64,000 nucleotides of DNA from Malacoraja senta (GCA_038087875.1 JAXLNO010000438.1:186001-250000), one strand, 5' to 3'. Shown: positions 26,931-39,402, counted from the first letter of the stretch. Numbers and translations are program-made. The notes: a model not told the origin generated them from the sequence alone.

Positions 26931-27452
26931 AGGCCTGTCTCACGAGTCTGCGGTCATTGGCGGCGAAACAGGAACTATCTACCGCTCCTGGGCCGCCAGA
27001 GACCGCGGGCTCGGTCAAACGCACAATTCCGTGGCCGTGCGCCGTTGTTCCCAACACCGCACGGTGCTAAAAAAAACCCAACACTGTCCAAAAATATGTT
27101 CCTACCGCACAGCCGCCACCAGTGAGGCACAAGTGCGGCACGGCCGCCGCCACAGCCGCCGCCAGTGAGGCACGAGCGCCGTGAGTCGAACCTGCACCGC
27201 CACAGCCTCCGCCAGTGAGGCACGTGTGCAGCACAGCCGCCGACAGTGAGGTACGTGTGCGCCAGCCACGGCCGCCGCCACAGCCCCGCGATCCGCAAGA
27301 CGTCATCTGCCGAAACCGTAAGCTCGTTGAACCGGCCGTACTTGGCCCCCCGCGCAGCATCCGTGCGGCGCTCTCGTGGTTGCCGTGCGGTCCCCTCTTC
27401 CGGCGACGCCGCGCTTCACCACCAACGACCGCACACCCGTGGGACAGAGCCT
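26931..27452. mobile_element. GC-rich PIF/Harbinger-like MITE inserted in CR1 ORF2
   Basis: Imperfect ~40-bp TIR (aggcctgtctcacgagtctgcggtc / gaccgcacacccgtgggacagagcct); TAA on both sides (26928-26930 and 27453-27455). Confidence 0.87.
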
Positions 27453-27455
27453 TAA

Positions 27456-27817
27456 GTTGCAGAGAAAGGTTGAACTAGGTAGGTCTTTATTCTTTGGAGC
27501 GCAGAAGGTTAAGGGGGGACTTGATAGAGGTCTTTAAAATGATGAGCGGGTTAGACAGAGTTGACGCGGATAAGCTTTTCCCATTGAGAGTAGGGAAGAT
27601 TCAAGCAAGGGGACTTGACTTGAGAATTAAGGGACAGAAGTTTAGGGGTAACATTAGGGGGAACTTCTTTACTCAGAGAGTGGTAGCTGTGTGGAATGAG
27701 CTTCCAGTGGAAGTGGTGGAAGCAGGTTCGATTTTATCTTTTAAAAATAGATTGGATGGGTATATGGACGGGAAAGGAATGGAGGGTTATGGTCTGAGTG
27801 CAGGTAGATGGGACTAG
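27456..27817 (+). pseudogene. CR1 ORF2 C-terminal remainder
   Basis: LERRRLRGDLIEVFK...FFTQRVVAVWNELP is the typical CR1 C-terminus. Confidence 0.9.
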
Positions 27818-27823
27818 GGGGAA

Positions 27824-27931
27824 GTAATAACAATTTAAAAAAAAAAAAAAAAAAAAAAAAATAATAATAATAATAATAAATAAATAAATAAATAAAATAA
27901 ATTTATAAAAATTAAATTTAAATTAAAAAAA
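27824..27931 (+). repeat. A-rich/(AAT)n insert inside the CR1 3' UTR
   Basis: Absent from the sister copy at 21535-21555. Confidence 0.85.
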
Positions 27932-28462
27932 CGTGTTCAGCACGGACTTGAAGGGCCGAGATGGCCTGTTTCCGTGCTGTAATGGTTATATGGTTATATG
28001 GTTATATGGTCCCCCAATTTCAAATTCTTCCACAAATTTTCAGGGTTAAGCAAACAAATTAAGATTTACAACAAATACTATCTATACAATAAATAATCTG
28101 ATACATTGGAATCCCATTACACAGTATCCTGAACAGTAATATTTTACAATGGGTATGTATGCCCATGATGTTTCAAATAAGTCCAGGTATTTAATTTAAG
28201 TTTTTGGAAGATAATTCGTTTATAAATGAAATGAAAGTAGCAAATATGAATTTCCACACCAAATTTGAATAATGTTATTAAATAATACCATGACGTATGT
28301 TGATGCAGTTGGGACTGTGACAATTTCACCAAAACGGTCTCAGTGGGCCGTTTTTTTGCATTATGTACTTAACTGAAAATTGTACTTATGCATGGCAATA
28401 ATTTTGCTGGTCTTAATGCAAAAAAAAAGAATTTAATTGTACCTTGGTACATATGCTAATAA

Positions 28463-28720
28463 TGGCCCACCAAGTCCGTGCTGACCAACGATCACCCCAT
28501 ACACCAGCACTATCCTACACGAGGGACAATTTACAATTTTCCCAAAGCCAATTAACCTAACAAAACCTGTACATCTTTGGAGTGTGGGAGGAACCCAGAG
28601 CACCTGTAGAAAACACATGTGGTTTCAGGGAGGACGTACAAATTCTGTAAATGCAGCACCCGTAGTCAGGATCAAACCTGGATCTCAGGCACTGTAAGGC
28701 AGCAACTCTACCACTGCACC
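28463..28720 (-). mobile_element. HE1-type V-SINE (partial)
   Basis: Body and head present; tail truncated. Confidence 0.85.
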
Positions 28721-28893
28721 CTAATCTTCAAAAGCATAATGATTGGGAAGAAGCTATTCTCGAATCATTGTTTTCAAAGTCCTATACCTTCTTTCCAATT
28801 GTAGAAGTGAAATGAGAGGGTGGCTATGGTGATGTAGGTCTTTGAAGATGCTGGCTGCCTTTTCGAGGCAGCAGCTCCTGTACATTCTTTAAT

Positions 28894-29257
28894 AATAATA
28901 ATAATAATGGATGGGATTTATATAGCGCCTTTCTAATACTCAAGGCGCTTTACATCGCATTATTCATTCACTCCTCAGTCACACTCGGTGGTGGTGAGCT
29001 ACTTCTGTAGCCACAGCTGCCCTGGGGCAGACTGACGGAAGCGTGGCTGCTAATCTGCGCCTACGGCCCCTCCGACCACCACCAATCACTCACACACATT
29101 CACACACATTCACACACATCATACGCAGGCAAAGGTGGGTGAAGTGTCTTGCCCAAGGACACAACGACAGTATGCACTCCAAGCGGGATTCGAACCGGCT
29201 ACCTTCCGGTTGCCAGCCGAACACTTAGCCCATTGCGCCATCTGTCGCCATCTGTCG
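28894..29257 (-). mobile_element. tRNA-derived SINE with L2-type tail and (ATT)n, AFC-like
   Basis: A-box tggcgcaatgg, B-box ggttcgaatcc, tccttgggcaagacactt block, tail tgtaaagcgccttgag...gcgctatataaat(att)n; 9-bp TSD ttctttaat at 28885-28893 and 29258-29266. Confidence 0.88.
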
Positions 29258-30204
29258 TTCTTTAATCATCTATTTCAACTGGCTTTATTGGAGAAGATAT
29301 TTGACCAATGCTCAAGCATGCAATACTCCCTTAACTAGAGAACAGACTTCAAATGAGGTTCTAGAGCCAGGAGGTATTCTATCAGAATAAGGTTTTGACC
29401 ATTGGACAAAAAAAAAAATTTCAGAGGACAATGAATATTTGAGACTTAATGAAACTGAATCTATGAAAATATTCAAGGCTGAATCATATTTTTGGTCTAT
29501 AACAGGAAAAAAAGTGGGGCTGACTCAGAGAATAAATTAACTGAATAACAAAGCAGGTTTGAGTAGTCGTATGATCTATTTTACAACTGTTTCTGATGTT
29601 CATGTTTCTAATATTCTAGCTTTAACTCATTTCATCCTGAATGCATTTCACAAATACAGGAATTAAATGCCATCCCTGTGAGATGATTGTGAATTCAGAA
29701 CATAAGTATGAAAGATGAGTGCCTCCCTCACTCCTGTTTGACCTTCATACTTCACATACCTCTCATCTTCAGGAGTTAGGAACTACAGCCAAGAATTTAC
29801 ATCAGTGCAAAAACAATTTAATCTACCTCTAGTGAGATTAAATGAGCATTCGCACATTTCTAAACATCTTAAAATGGGTGGGGAGATGCAAACCGGATAC
29901 AATGGAGATGTCTGCAATATTGTTTTGCGAAAACGTGCTGTTCAGCTGTCCTCTATGTTTCTCTTAGAAATGTTTCCTTCCTTTAGACAGCTGTGACTTT
30001 GACTCCTTTATCACATATGAAAAGAGAAGTCAGTTATTTCATCATAGAGAACTTCCACTATACTATGCATGAGGAAACGTTGAAATCAGAGAACAACATA
30101 ACAGATAGTACAAAGTTCAGAGACGGGTCATTAATGCATTCATGCTGTATTTAAAGTTGCTGCCAGTGCTCAATGCTTTACAAAGAACTAAGAGACTCAA
30201 ATAC

Positions 30205-30368
30205 CAATTTCAAGAGAGGGTTAGATTTAGCTCTTAGGGCTAAGGGAATCAAGGGATATGGGGAAGCAGCTGATTTTGGACGATCAGCCATGATCATATT
30301 GAATGGCGGTGCTGGATCGAAGGGCCGAATGGCCTGCTCCTGCACCTATTTTCTATGTTTCTATGTTT
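30205..30368 (+). mobile_element. CR1 3' end with (CTATGTTT)n tail
   Basis: ggaatcaagggatatgggga...gaagggccgaatggcct...ttctatgtttctatgttt. Confidence 0.85.
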
Positions 30369-31473
30369 ACTCAGGAGTTCAGAAATAACTAGAATGTGGA
30401 ACATTCCCTTTACAAACTAAATCTGAGTTTTCTAACACATTTCAGATTTCACTCTGAGTGGTTAACAAATGGCATATTCCGACTTACTTGATTTAAATTC
30501 TTTTATCTCCAAAATATTCCAGTGCGTGGATATAAATATATTACCAACATATATTTTTATTAATACATCAATTCCTTTTTAACAGATTTAGTGTTGACGC
30601 AACACGAAAAACAGCTTTATGATTCATGCATGATACATATTAATTTCTCCTGTTAGTAAATGCTTTCAGTGTCAGAAAATCATTAGCCACATCAGTGATT
30701 GAGGCACACAAAATTGCCATGCTAGTGTAATCCTGGACATAAATTCAGTCATCCAAAAAACAACTCAAATTTCAAATTTTAGAATGAATGTAGAATATTC
30801 AAGTGCATTACTCAAGCTAAAGAAAGGTTTGGATTCAAATTAATGAAAAGTTTCAGAAGATCAGCATTGGATTAGGAAGGTAATCATATAAATAATATTT
30901 CCTTTGAGAATATTCTTATTGGAAGATTAAATTATGAAATGAATTGCATTCATTTAGTTCAACGCCTTTATTCATTCAATATTTTGCAACCAATATTCTG
31001 GAAAAAATAATTGAGCGGCTTTATCTGGCATACATCAGGATTTGTATGACTGATGAGCTGAAAAGGTCAAATCCTACTTCACCTGGGAAACAGTTAGGCT
31101 GTAGGTCAACAGGAATAATCAATCATTTTTTAGCAAACTCAACTGCAGAAAGATAAACAGAATTTTTGACCCATGAGGTGAAAAACATTAAAAATTCTGA
31201 GGAAGATAGATTGCTAACAGCACTATTTAAATATTAGCATAGGGGTCACGCTTAAGAAGTTACAGCATATAATCTGCTTGGGTTAAACAATCTATGCACA
31301 TTTCTTGGGCTGAATGACAATTAAATATTTCCTTTTAGAAGTGTTTCACGATTAACCAATTTCCAACTCATCCTGAAATCGATCTTTAGTTTTAATCCAC
31401 AGATTATCGTATATTTTTAATGAAAGATTAGTACCCAATTTTGAGGTAAGCATTTTATCAATGGATCTTTCTT

Positions 31474-31615
31474 TGTTTAGGTTAGAAATACAGCACGGAA
31501 ACAGAACCCACGCGGTCACAGGGAGAACGTACAAACTACATACAGACAGCACCCGTTGTTGGGATCGAACCTGGGTCTCCGTAAGGCAACAACTCTACCG
31601 CTGCGCCACCGTGCC
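31474..31615 (-). mobile_element. Internally deleted HE1-type SINE
   Basis: Tail joined directly to the head region. Confidence 0.8.
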
Positions 31616-32529
31616 TTCGCTGTTAATTATTGTCTTATTAATGCTTAACTATGATGCTGTTTAAGTATGCGGTGATATGAAGATGAGAAAGAAAACTGAT
31701 TCTACATTGTTTAATATAATTATTAGTAAATGGAACATTAGCTTTAATTTGAATTACCTATAATAAAGGGAAACATCTCCATGGTGTTCCACGGAAGTTT
31801 ATTTAGATTAAAAAGGCATCTTGCTACATGGAAAGCTTTGATGGGGGCTTTTATATAATGAGTGAGGAAAGATTTGTGGAGAACATTTTAAATAGACTAG
31901 AGATTTTAAATATTTCTAGACAATACACACCAAATGTTAAAGTTGCAGTAACATCCCCTTAAATGTCCATGCTCAAATTACATTGAGAGCTCTCTGGCGG
32001 AAAAATATTTTAGTGACAAAACTACTGAAAGGTCTTAGGCAATATATACATTTTAAAGAATGTTCTTTGAATTTAATATATATTTAAAAACACTATGGTA
32101 GACATAGACTGTGCACTGTGGAAAGCAATAATAAATGACGTTAAAAAATGCACATTCATGGTTTTGCTCTGAAGGCCAAATAGCAAATATTTTACTCCAT
32201 AATTATCACTTTGAACTTTTGAGTGGAAAAAAAAAAATACCTTCTGAGGAAGTGCAATAACATTTAACAACTTCCAATTCCCCTCTCCTCACAATACAGA
32301 GACATTGGTTTGGCTAAGATTGCTGCTAGTAAGTCAAGCCACTATCTTCTATTTAAGACAACTAGTTATTCTTCATGCAAGAATCACGACGTGAGATGTC
32401 AGTTAAACAGAAATATGCCCCTTTCAAAGGCCAAGCCTTTACATCATGCCACGACTGACATGAATAGAAATATCTGTGTGAGTTCACCCTTAGTTACTGT
32501 ACATACCTTAGATGGATTTCATGACACAA

Positions 32530-32800
32530 ATTAATAACATTCGGATCAAGATGCCTGCTTGCAACAAGGAATCTGTGATTCCTCCTGCCCTCCGACCACG
32601 TTTTATCCCAGACTCACTTTGTACATCTTCCATTAATTTCTCCTAAGTATCATCTATATCTCTCATTCCCTCTATAAGTACTGTCTATATCTTTCCCATG
32701 ACTCTCTGAAGAAGGGTCTCGACCCAAAACATCACCTATTTATTTTCTCCAGAGATGCTGTCTGAGGTACCCAGCTTTTTGTGTCTGTCTTCAGTTTAAA
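32530..32800 (+). mobile_element. Penelope 3' UTR plus pseudo-LTR cassette
   Basis: Pyrimidine-rich tract, then ctgaagaagggtctcgacccaaaacatcacc. Confidence 0.65.
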
Positions 32801-33101
32801 AAATAAACTTATTTTATACTACTTCCCTCATAATTTTCTAATCCCTCCAAAAATTTAAAACAAATAAAGTACTTCATAGAATAAACAGTGTTGTTTATTG
32901 TGCATGGAGAATCAAAATGTGGGCTGCAAGACACAGATAATTCATCTATAATAATGTTAAATGCGTGACACAAAGAGAAATGTCATGCCATTCTGTAAGA
33001 AGTGCCATGGGATCATTTCTATCTAGATGAGAAAGGGGCAGGATATATTCCTCTTTTCCAAAAGCAAGTGATACTTTCACTCCAGAAAAGTGGCCCCTAA
33101 A

Positions 33102-33424
33102 GGGCGGCATGGTGGAGCAGCGGTAGAGTTGCTGTCTTACTGCACTTACAACGCTAGAGACCCGGGTTTGATCCTGACCATGGGTGGTGTCTGTATGGAG
33201 TTTGTACGTTTTCCCCGTGACTGCATGGGTTTTCTTTGTGATCTTCAGTTTCCTCCCACAATCCAAAGATGTACAAGTTTATAGGTTATTTGTCTTGGTA
33301 TAAATGTAAAATTGTCGCTAGTGTGTGTAGGACAGTGTTAATGTGCGGGGATTGCTGGTCGGTGCAGACTCGTGGGGCCAAAGGGCCTGTTTCAGTGCTG
33401 TATCACTAAACTAAACAAAAACTG
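33102..33424 (+). mobile_element. HE1-type V-SINE
   Basis: Full-length head, body and tail. Confidence 0.9.
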
Positions 33425-33549
33425 AAAAAGGGACTACTGATAGTTACCACATGAAGTTTGTCCATGACAGTTGAGCAACAAGCTTCCTGTGGTGAAACTA
33501 ATTGCTAGCATGAAAACCATATTCTTTCATGGATGTGAGGTGTCCATCA

Positions 33550-33985
33550 GTGCCAGGATTTGAGAACCCGTGCCACAGGGAAAGGTTGGGCAGGCTAGGG
33601 TTTTATTTCTTGGAGTGCTGGAAGCTGAGGGGTAGTCTTATAGAGGTGCATAAAAACATGAGCGAAATAGGTGTTGAATATACAGAGCCTTTTTACCCAG
33701 GATAAGGGAATCAAGAATCAGACGCCATTGATTTCCCCCTTGAAAGGGCTAGATTTATTTGGAACATGAGGGGCAACCTTTTCATTCAGAGGGCAGTGGG
33801 TATATGGAACGAGCTGCCAGAGGATATAGTTTTGGCAGGCACTATAGCAGCATTGGAAGACACTTGAACAGGTACATGGATAGGAAAGGTTTGGAGGTAT
33901 ATGGGCCAAATGCGGGCAAATGAGACTAGCTTAGATGGTCAGCATGGAGAAGTTGGGCATACATGAGTTTCCCATACTGTATAAC
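33550..33985 (+). mobile_element. CR1 3' fragment (diverged)
   Basis: gaagctgaggggtagtcttatagaggtg...ggaacgagctgccagagga. Confidence 0.75.
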
Positions 33986-34547
33986 TCAGCCTATATCTTT
34001 AATCAGTACCTGTTGCCCAGTCCACCACAACACATCTTGCACATCTACCAAGCTACCATCCGTGACCATTGTTTCCAGAATTTTGTTCCAAAATTTGGTT
34101 AGTCTGGAAATTAGGAGGAGAGGAATAATGGGGGGAATGGAAGAGCAGAATAGTAGCAAAACCAGGAAATAGGCTGTGTAAGGAAGAGAGATAAAGGGAT
34201 GAACAGGCATTCAGTGGGGGTTTAATATAGGAAACCAGAAAGGGTGGAGAACGATGGAGTTTGAGATAAACAGCAGTGGTTATTGTGGGTGAACAGAGAT
34301 TTGAGAGGGTGAGAGAGAGTTCGGGAGGAAGAGGTCGTATAGGTTTTTCACATAGCTAACATTTCCTTCTGTAATTAAATGCAGGATAGAAACATTATAA
34401 CTTCAAATCAATGTGAGATTGGTACCAGTCATTAGACAAGTGTATCATCACTGAGTCATGGTTGACCCGTAAGGTTACTCAGGAAGCACAAGTACAGACA
34501 TTTCCCATTATGGCATTCCAAACAATGGAACAACTCAACATAAAGTG

Positions 34548-36250
34548 TTTCCCAAGAGTGCTGGAGGAACTCAGAGGGTCATGCACGATCTATAGAGTGA
34601 ATGGACAGATGATAATTTGGGTTGGGATCCTTCTTCAGGCTTAAGGGTTGGGGGTGTGGGGGAGAGGGGAGAAACCTGGAAACCAGACATAGGGTGAGAC
34701 AAAGCTTGGTAAGTGATAGGTGGATGCAGGTGGGTAAATGTGCTTGGCAGATGGGTGGAGTAATCAGGTGAAAATGAGTCATAATGTAGGTATGTTACAA
34801 AACTTACCTTCAGCGGCGCTGCAGTTCTGTCACTGGCCGTGTGCGCAACTTTGGCGCCTTTGAGAGGGGGGTGGGTTTAAAATGCGTTTTTTCTCCAGCC
34901 TGATGAAATCGATTTTTTTCAGTCTGTTTAGTTGCTGATGAAAAATCGCTCCGACTGCTGTTATATCAAGTTTATTAAAATTAGCGTTGGATAATTTAAT
35001 AGCAGGAGTAAAATAAAAATCAATTTCTATAGCCGTGAACGCCGACAACGGGACGGATTTCACGTACGGGACAGGTAAAGGAAATCTGTTATTTTTACAT
35101 ATTAACTTGCTTCTTAGGATACCTTCAATCAAAATTTCACGTTGCGAAAATGTGATTATGTAAATATACGAACCGGCAGTATTTTTCCTGCCGATATGGG
35201 GTTTAAATTCACTGCAACCGCAACGTTCCAAACGATCGCATTCCACAAAATCCCACTCGCAAGATGATTTAAATGGCCATTAATTTACGGGAATTAAACA
35301 CTAAATTCCTTCCATTTGGCCTATAAATTCATGACAATGAGATTTAAAAATCATGTTATATTGTGAATTCTTGTGTGAATGTTATTTGGACACTTAGGCT
35401 ATTTTAAAATGTTAACCTTTTCATAAGAAATGGACAGATGTTTAGATCTAGTAATTGAATTTTGTAATTAGCTACAATCTGGGACTTGGGGATGGGAGAT
35501 GAGTCTATCACAGAAATGGGAATATCCTGGGTGGGAGTGGGGGTCATGGGAAGGAAAGAAGGGGTAGGTGGCGTATTACTTGAAGTTGGTGAATTCAATG
35601 TTCATACTGTTGGGTTGTAAGCCATTCAACAGAAATATGAGGTGCTGTCCCTTGAATCAGAAAAGCCAAGGACAGAAAGGTGAAAATTAGAATGAGGAGT
35701 TTAAATGATTAGTAACAGGGAGATCCAGTGGACCTCGGCAGACAGAATGCAACTGTTCAACAAAACAGTTCTCGAGTCTATGCTTGGTCTCAAAGATGTA
35801 AGGAGACCACATCGGAAGCACTGACGGCAGTAGCCGAGGTTTGAAAAGGTGCACATGAATCTCTGCCTCACCTGGGTGCTGGAGTCCCTGTATGGAAGTT
35901 AGGGGTGCGTAAGGACAGGTGTTACATCTCCTGCGGTTGCAGGATAATGTACCTGGGGAAGGGGCATGTTGGGTGGGGAGAGATGAGCAAATTAAAGTGT
36001 GGCAGACTTTGTAGTCTCTATGGAAAGTAGAGTTGTCTCTGTGGAAAGCGGAAAAGAGTGGGATGGGAAGATGTGACTAGGTGGATAATGTTGATGGTGG
36101 TGGAAATGTCGGAGAATGATGTGTTGGATGCGGAAGCTATGAGGTGTAAAGCAAGGACCAGGGTTACTCTATGCTGTTCCGTGTAGGGGATGGGGAGTGA
36201 AGGCAGAACTGTGGGACACAGATGAAGGTTTCATGCACAACAGCAGGTGT
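34548..36250 (-). mobile_element. Decayed Penelope-like element, 3' half (GIY-YIG end, 3' UTR, pseudo-LTR), interrupted at 34787-35478
   Basis: Reverse complement of 35580-35650 encodes QHLIF...LQPNSMNIEFTNFK*, matching the plus-strand copy at 37570-37640. Confidence 0.75.
34787..35478. mobile_element. Probable truncated DNA transposon (TAG start, possibly hAT)
   Basis: CpG-retaining block that interrupts the Penelope remnant and starts TAGGTATGTTACAAAA; no partner TIR found. Confidence 0.4.
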
Positions 36251-36289
36251 GGGAGGCAGTGCAGTCACCGATTAAGTGAAGAGTTGGGC

Positions 36290-38200
36290 AATTATGAGTC
36301 TATTAACACTCCCCTCCACCTGGAGGATCTTGTCCTCACCCTTAACAACTTTTCTTCCTCTCACTTCCTTCAAGACAAAGGTGCGGCTATGGACACTCAG
36401 ATGGGCCTCAGTAATGCCTGTCATTATGTTCGTTATGTTGAACACTCCTTGCTCCAGACAAACCCGGGCATCATCCCCCAACTCTTTTATTGCTACACCA
36501 ACGTTTACATTGGGGCTGCCTCCTGCACCCGTGCAGAACTCATTGATTTCATAACTTTGTCACTAACTTCCACCCTGCCCTCAAATTAACTTGGATTATC
36601 TCTGACAACTCATTCCCCTTTCTCAATAATTTTGTCTTTTCCTCTCTCCAGTTCCCTACCTTCTACTTTCAGCCTGAAGAAGGGTCCCATCCGAAACATT
36701 ATCTATCCTTTTTCTCCAAAGATGCTGCCTGACCGGCTGAGTTACTCCAGCACTTTGTGTCTGTCTTTGGTATAAACCAACATCTGCAGTTCCTTGCTAC
36801 ACCTTCTCTCTCTATTGCTGGGGTAGACTAAGTACTGATATATATTACAAAGCCACTGACTTCAATAAGTATCTGAACTACACCTGCTCCCACCCTGTCT
36901 TGAGCAAGAGTGCCATCTCTTACTCTCAATTTCTCCATCTCCATCACATTTGATGAGGCTTTCCACTCTAGGCCATCCAAGATGTTCTCCTTCTACTGTG
37001 ACCATGCTTTTGTGGCAAGAGTCCTCACCAATATCTCCTCTGCGCCCCGTGGTTCTGCTCTCACCCCCCCCCCCTCTCCCAGAAGGAGCAAGGATAGAGT
37101 TCCTCTGGTCCTCACCTTTCACCCCACCAGCCTCCACAATCACTAACATTTCCGCCACCTTCAACAATATCCCCACCACCAGCCACATCCTCCCATTCCT
37201 ACCCATTCCTGGTTTCTGGAGACATAAATTCCTCTGCAATTTCTTGGTTCACTTATCCCTTCCCAACCAAACCACCTCCTCCCTAGATTCAGGTGATGTA
37301 ACGCCTTTTTCTAAACCTGCTCACTCTTCCATCTAGGCATCCCAGGTGAGACAGACGTTCACATGCTCCAACCTCATCTACTGCATTTGGTGCTTCCAAT
37401 GTGGCCTCCTTGAGACGAAGCCTTGACTAGGTGAAAGTTTCACCAAACTCTTGCGCTCTGTCCATCATGACCTGCTGGAGCTCCCAGTTGCTAACCATTT
37501 TAACTCCCCTTCTCATCCCCAAACAGACCTTTCTATCTTCAGCTTCCTTCTTTGCCAGTGCAAACTGGAGAAACAGCACCACACATTTCGTTTGGGTAGG
37601 TTACACCCCAAAAGTATGAATATTGAATTCTCCAGTTTTCAATTAATACCCTTCAACTCTTTCCCATCCCCCATGCTTTTCTCCCATCTCTTTCAGCCAT
37701 CCTGCTCCTTTCCGTTCTTCCATACACTCACCTCTAGTTGTCAAGATGTCACCCCTCCTCTGTCCCCTTCCACCCACATCCTCTCAACCCCCCCCCCCAC
37801 CACACCCTTGACATTACTTGCCACAGCGCCACCCCCACCTGTATCCATCTATCACTTGCGTAAGAAGGAACTACAGATGCTGGTTTAAACTGAAGATAGA
37901 CACAAAAAGTTGGAGTAACTCAGCAGGACAGGCAGAATCACTGGAGAGAAGGAATGTGTGACGTTTTGGGTCGAGACCCTTCTTCAGACATTCCTTCTTC
38001 AGACATTCCTTTTCTCCAGAGATACTGCCTGACCAGCTGAATCTAAAATTTCAGTCATCTGTCTCATTAATCCTCCATAGTACTGACCAGGGAGAAGAAA
38101 TGGGTGACGTATCGGGTCGAGCCCCTTCTTCCCACTGAGTTACTCCAGCATTTTGTGTCTACCTTCGATTTAAACCAGCATTTGCAGTTCTTTCCTACAC
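36290..38200 (+). mobile_element. Decayed Penelope-like retroelement (RT and GIY-YIG remnants) with pseudo-LTR cassettes
   Basis: Frame-broken motifs LVLTLNNF..HFLQDKGAAMDTQMG, DRVPLVLTFHPTSL, LPVANHFNSPSH and FRLGRLHPKSMNIEFSSF; cassettes at 36674-36803 and 37860-38200. Confidence 0.82.
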
Positions 38201-39040
38201 ATACTACTCTGATCTCTATCTTTGCCTCATACACTGCTCCAAAGAAACAGCATTTCATTGTTTCACATTGTTTCACAACCCTTGAGACTCAATATCGAAT
38301 GTCAAATAACCAGCTTTTCTTGTTTGTATTAGAACCTGCCAGTTCTGATGCAAGTGTCATCAGCCTTAACCTAGTTTTTCAACCAGTGCCAGATCTCTTG
38401 TGTATTTCCAAGTATTCTCATGTTCCAGATTTCCAACAGCTGCAACGGTTCTTCTCCCACTTTTCCTGCATGTTATTTTGATTTTGATTCTTTCTCCAAT
38501 TGTGCTCACTCATCTGTTAAAACTATATAGCTCTTAAAATGTTGTGTCACCTAGATAATCTTTGCCTTAATCCTATGATGGATATTTCCTTTTGTCCTCT
38601 CCAGCCCTCCCCTGTCTCTGCGACTGTGCAGAACAGCATCTTGCAGGAGATGAGTTTATCGATCAGTGATGAGTGCTTTGAATCAAAGATCTTAGAGCTG
38701 TAAGATCTTTGCTTTTAATGTAGACAGCTGGCTCTGTGATGACTGCAGTCTGGACAATGTTGTCAAAGATGACCTCAAAGCTGAAAGGTTCCCTATTGAT
38801 TTTCCAGTCACAAAGGCATCATAGCGCAGTAACCTCTCCCTCTTCTTTTGTGCAAATTAGTCCACTAAAACACACTTTTCACCATTGCATTTGGCTTCAT
38901 AGGCTGTCACTGTTGACCTTCTTCTGAAAGAGGTGAAAGGATGAGTTGTCTCTCAGGCTCAATAATCGCAAAGTGGGCTGATAATTACTTTTATGATGCA
39001 AGAGTTCAGTTTGCCAGATTCCCAGCATAACATTCCCATT

Positions 39041-39172
39041 GTGAAAGAAGGAACTGCAGATGCTAGTTTACACCGAAGATAGACATAAAATACTGGAGTA
39101 ACTGCGGGTCAGGCAGCATCTCTGGATAAAAGGAATAGGTGACGTTTTGGGTCGAGACGCTTCATCAGACTA
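39041..39172 (-). mobile_element. Penelope pseudo-LTR cassette (CTGATGA variant)
   Basis: gaaggaactgcagatgct...gacgttttgggtcgagacgcttcatcagac. Confidence 0.8.
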
Positions 39173-39402
39173 ACAGACATCAGACACAGCAATCCCATTA
39201 GCTTGATTCCTCTCTCCATTTGTGTTTGTGGCCTTGCAACTTATTTACTCACATGATGAACATCTCTCCTCTAACTCTTTTGCCATTACCGTTACAAAAA
39301 GGTAATTGAGAGTGGTCACTTAACCTACCAGAATGTTTCAGATGTGGGGGGAAACAGGAGTTGCTTGGAGACTACAATGGCGCAGTCGCAGAGTTCGAGT
39401 GG

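Larger units (their letters stand above)
22683..28010 (+). mobile_element. 5'-truncated CR1 LINE (ORF1 end, ORF2, 3' tail), interrupted by three insertions
   Basis: ORF1-end-like ggggagactttaaaatag, APE and RT reading frames, (GGTTATAT)3 tail. Confidence 0.93.

Noticed and set aside
26931..27478. Arg/Gly/Cys-rich ORFs and the apparent novel C-terminus of the 614-aa RT ORF
   Set aside because: Read-through into a GC-rich MITE; not a real domain fusion.
24346..27817. Active autonomous CR1
   Set aside because: 5'-truncated, with an in-frame stop at 25291, a MITE insertion and a further disruption next to it.
28894..29257. tRNA gene (A and B boxes); the same applies to HE1 heads
   Set aside because: No complete cloverleaf seen; the boxes are joined to SINE bodies and tails.
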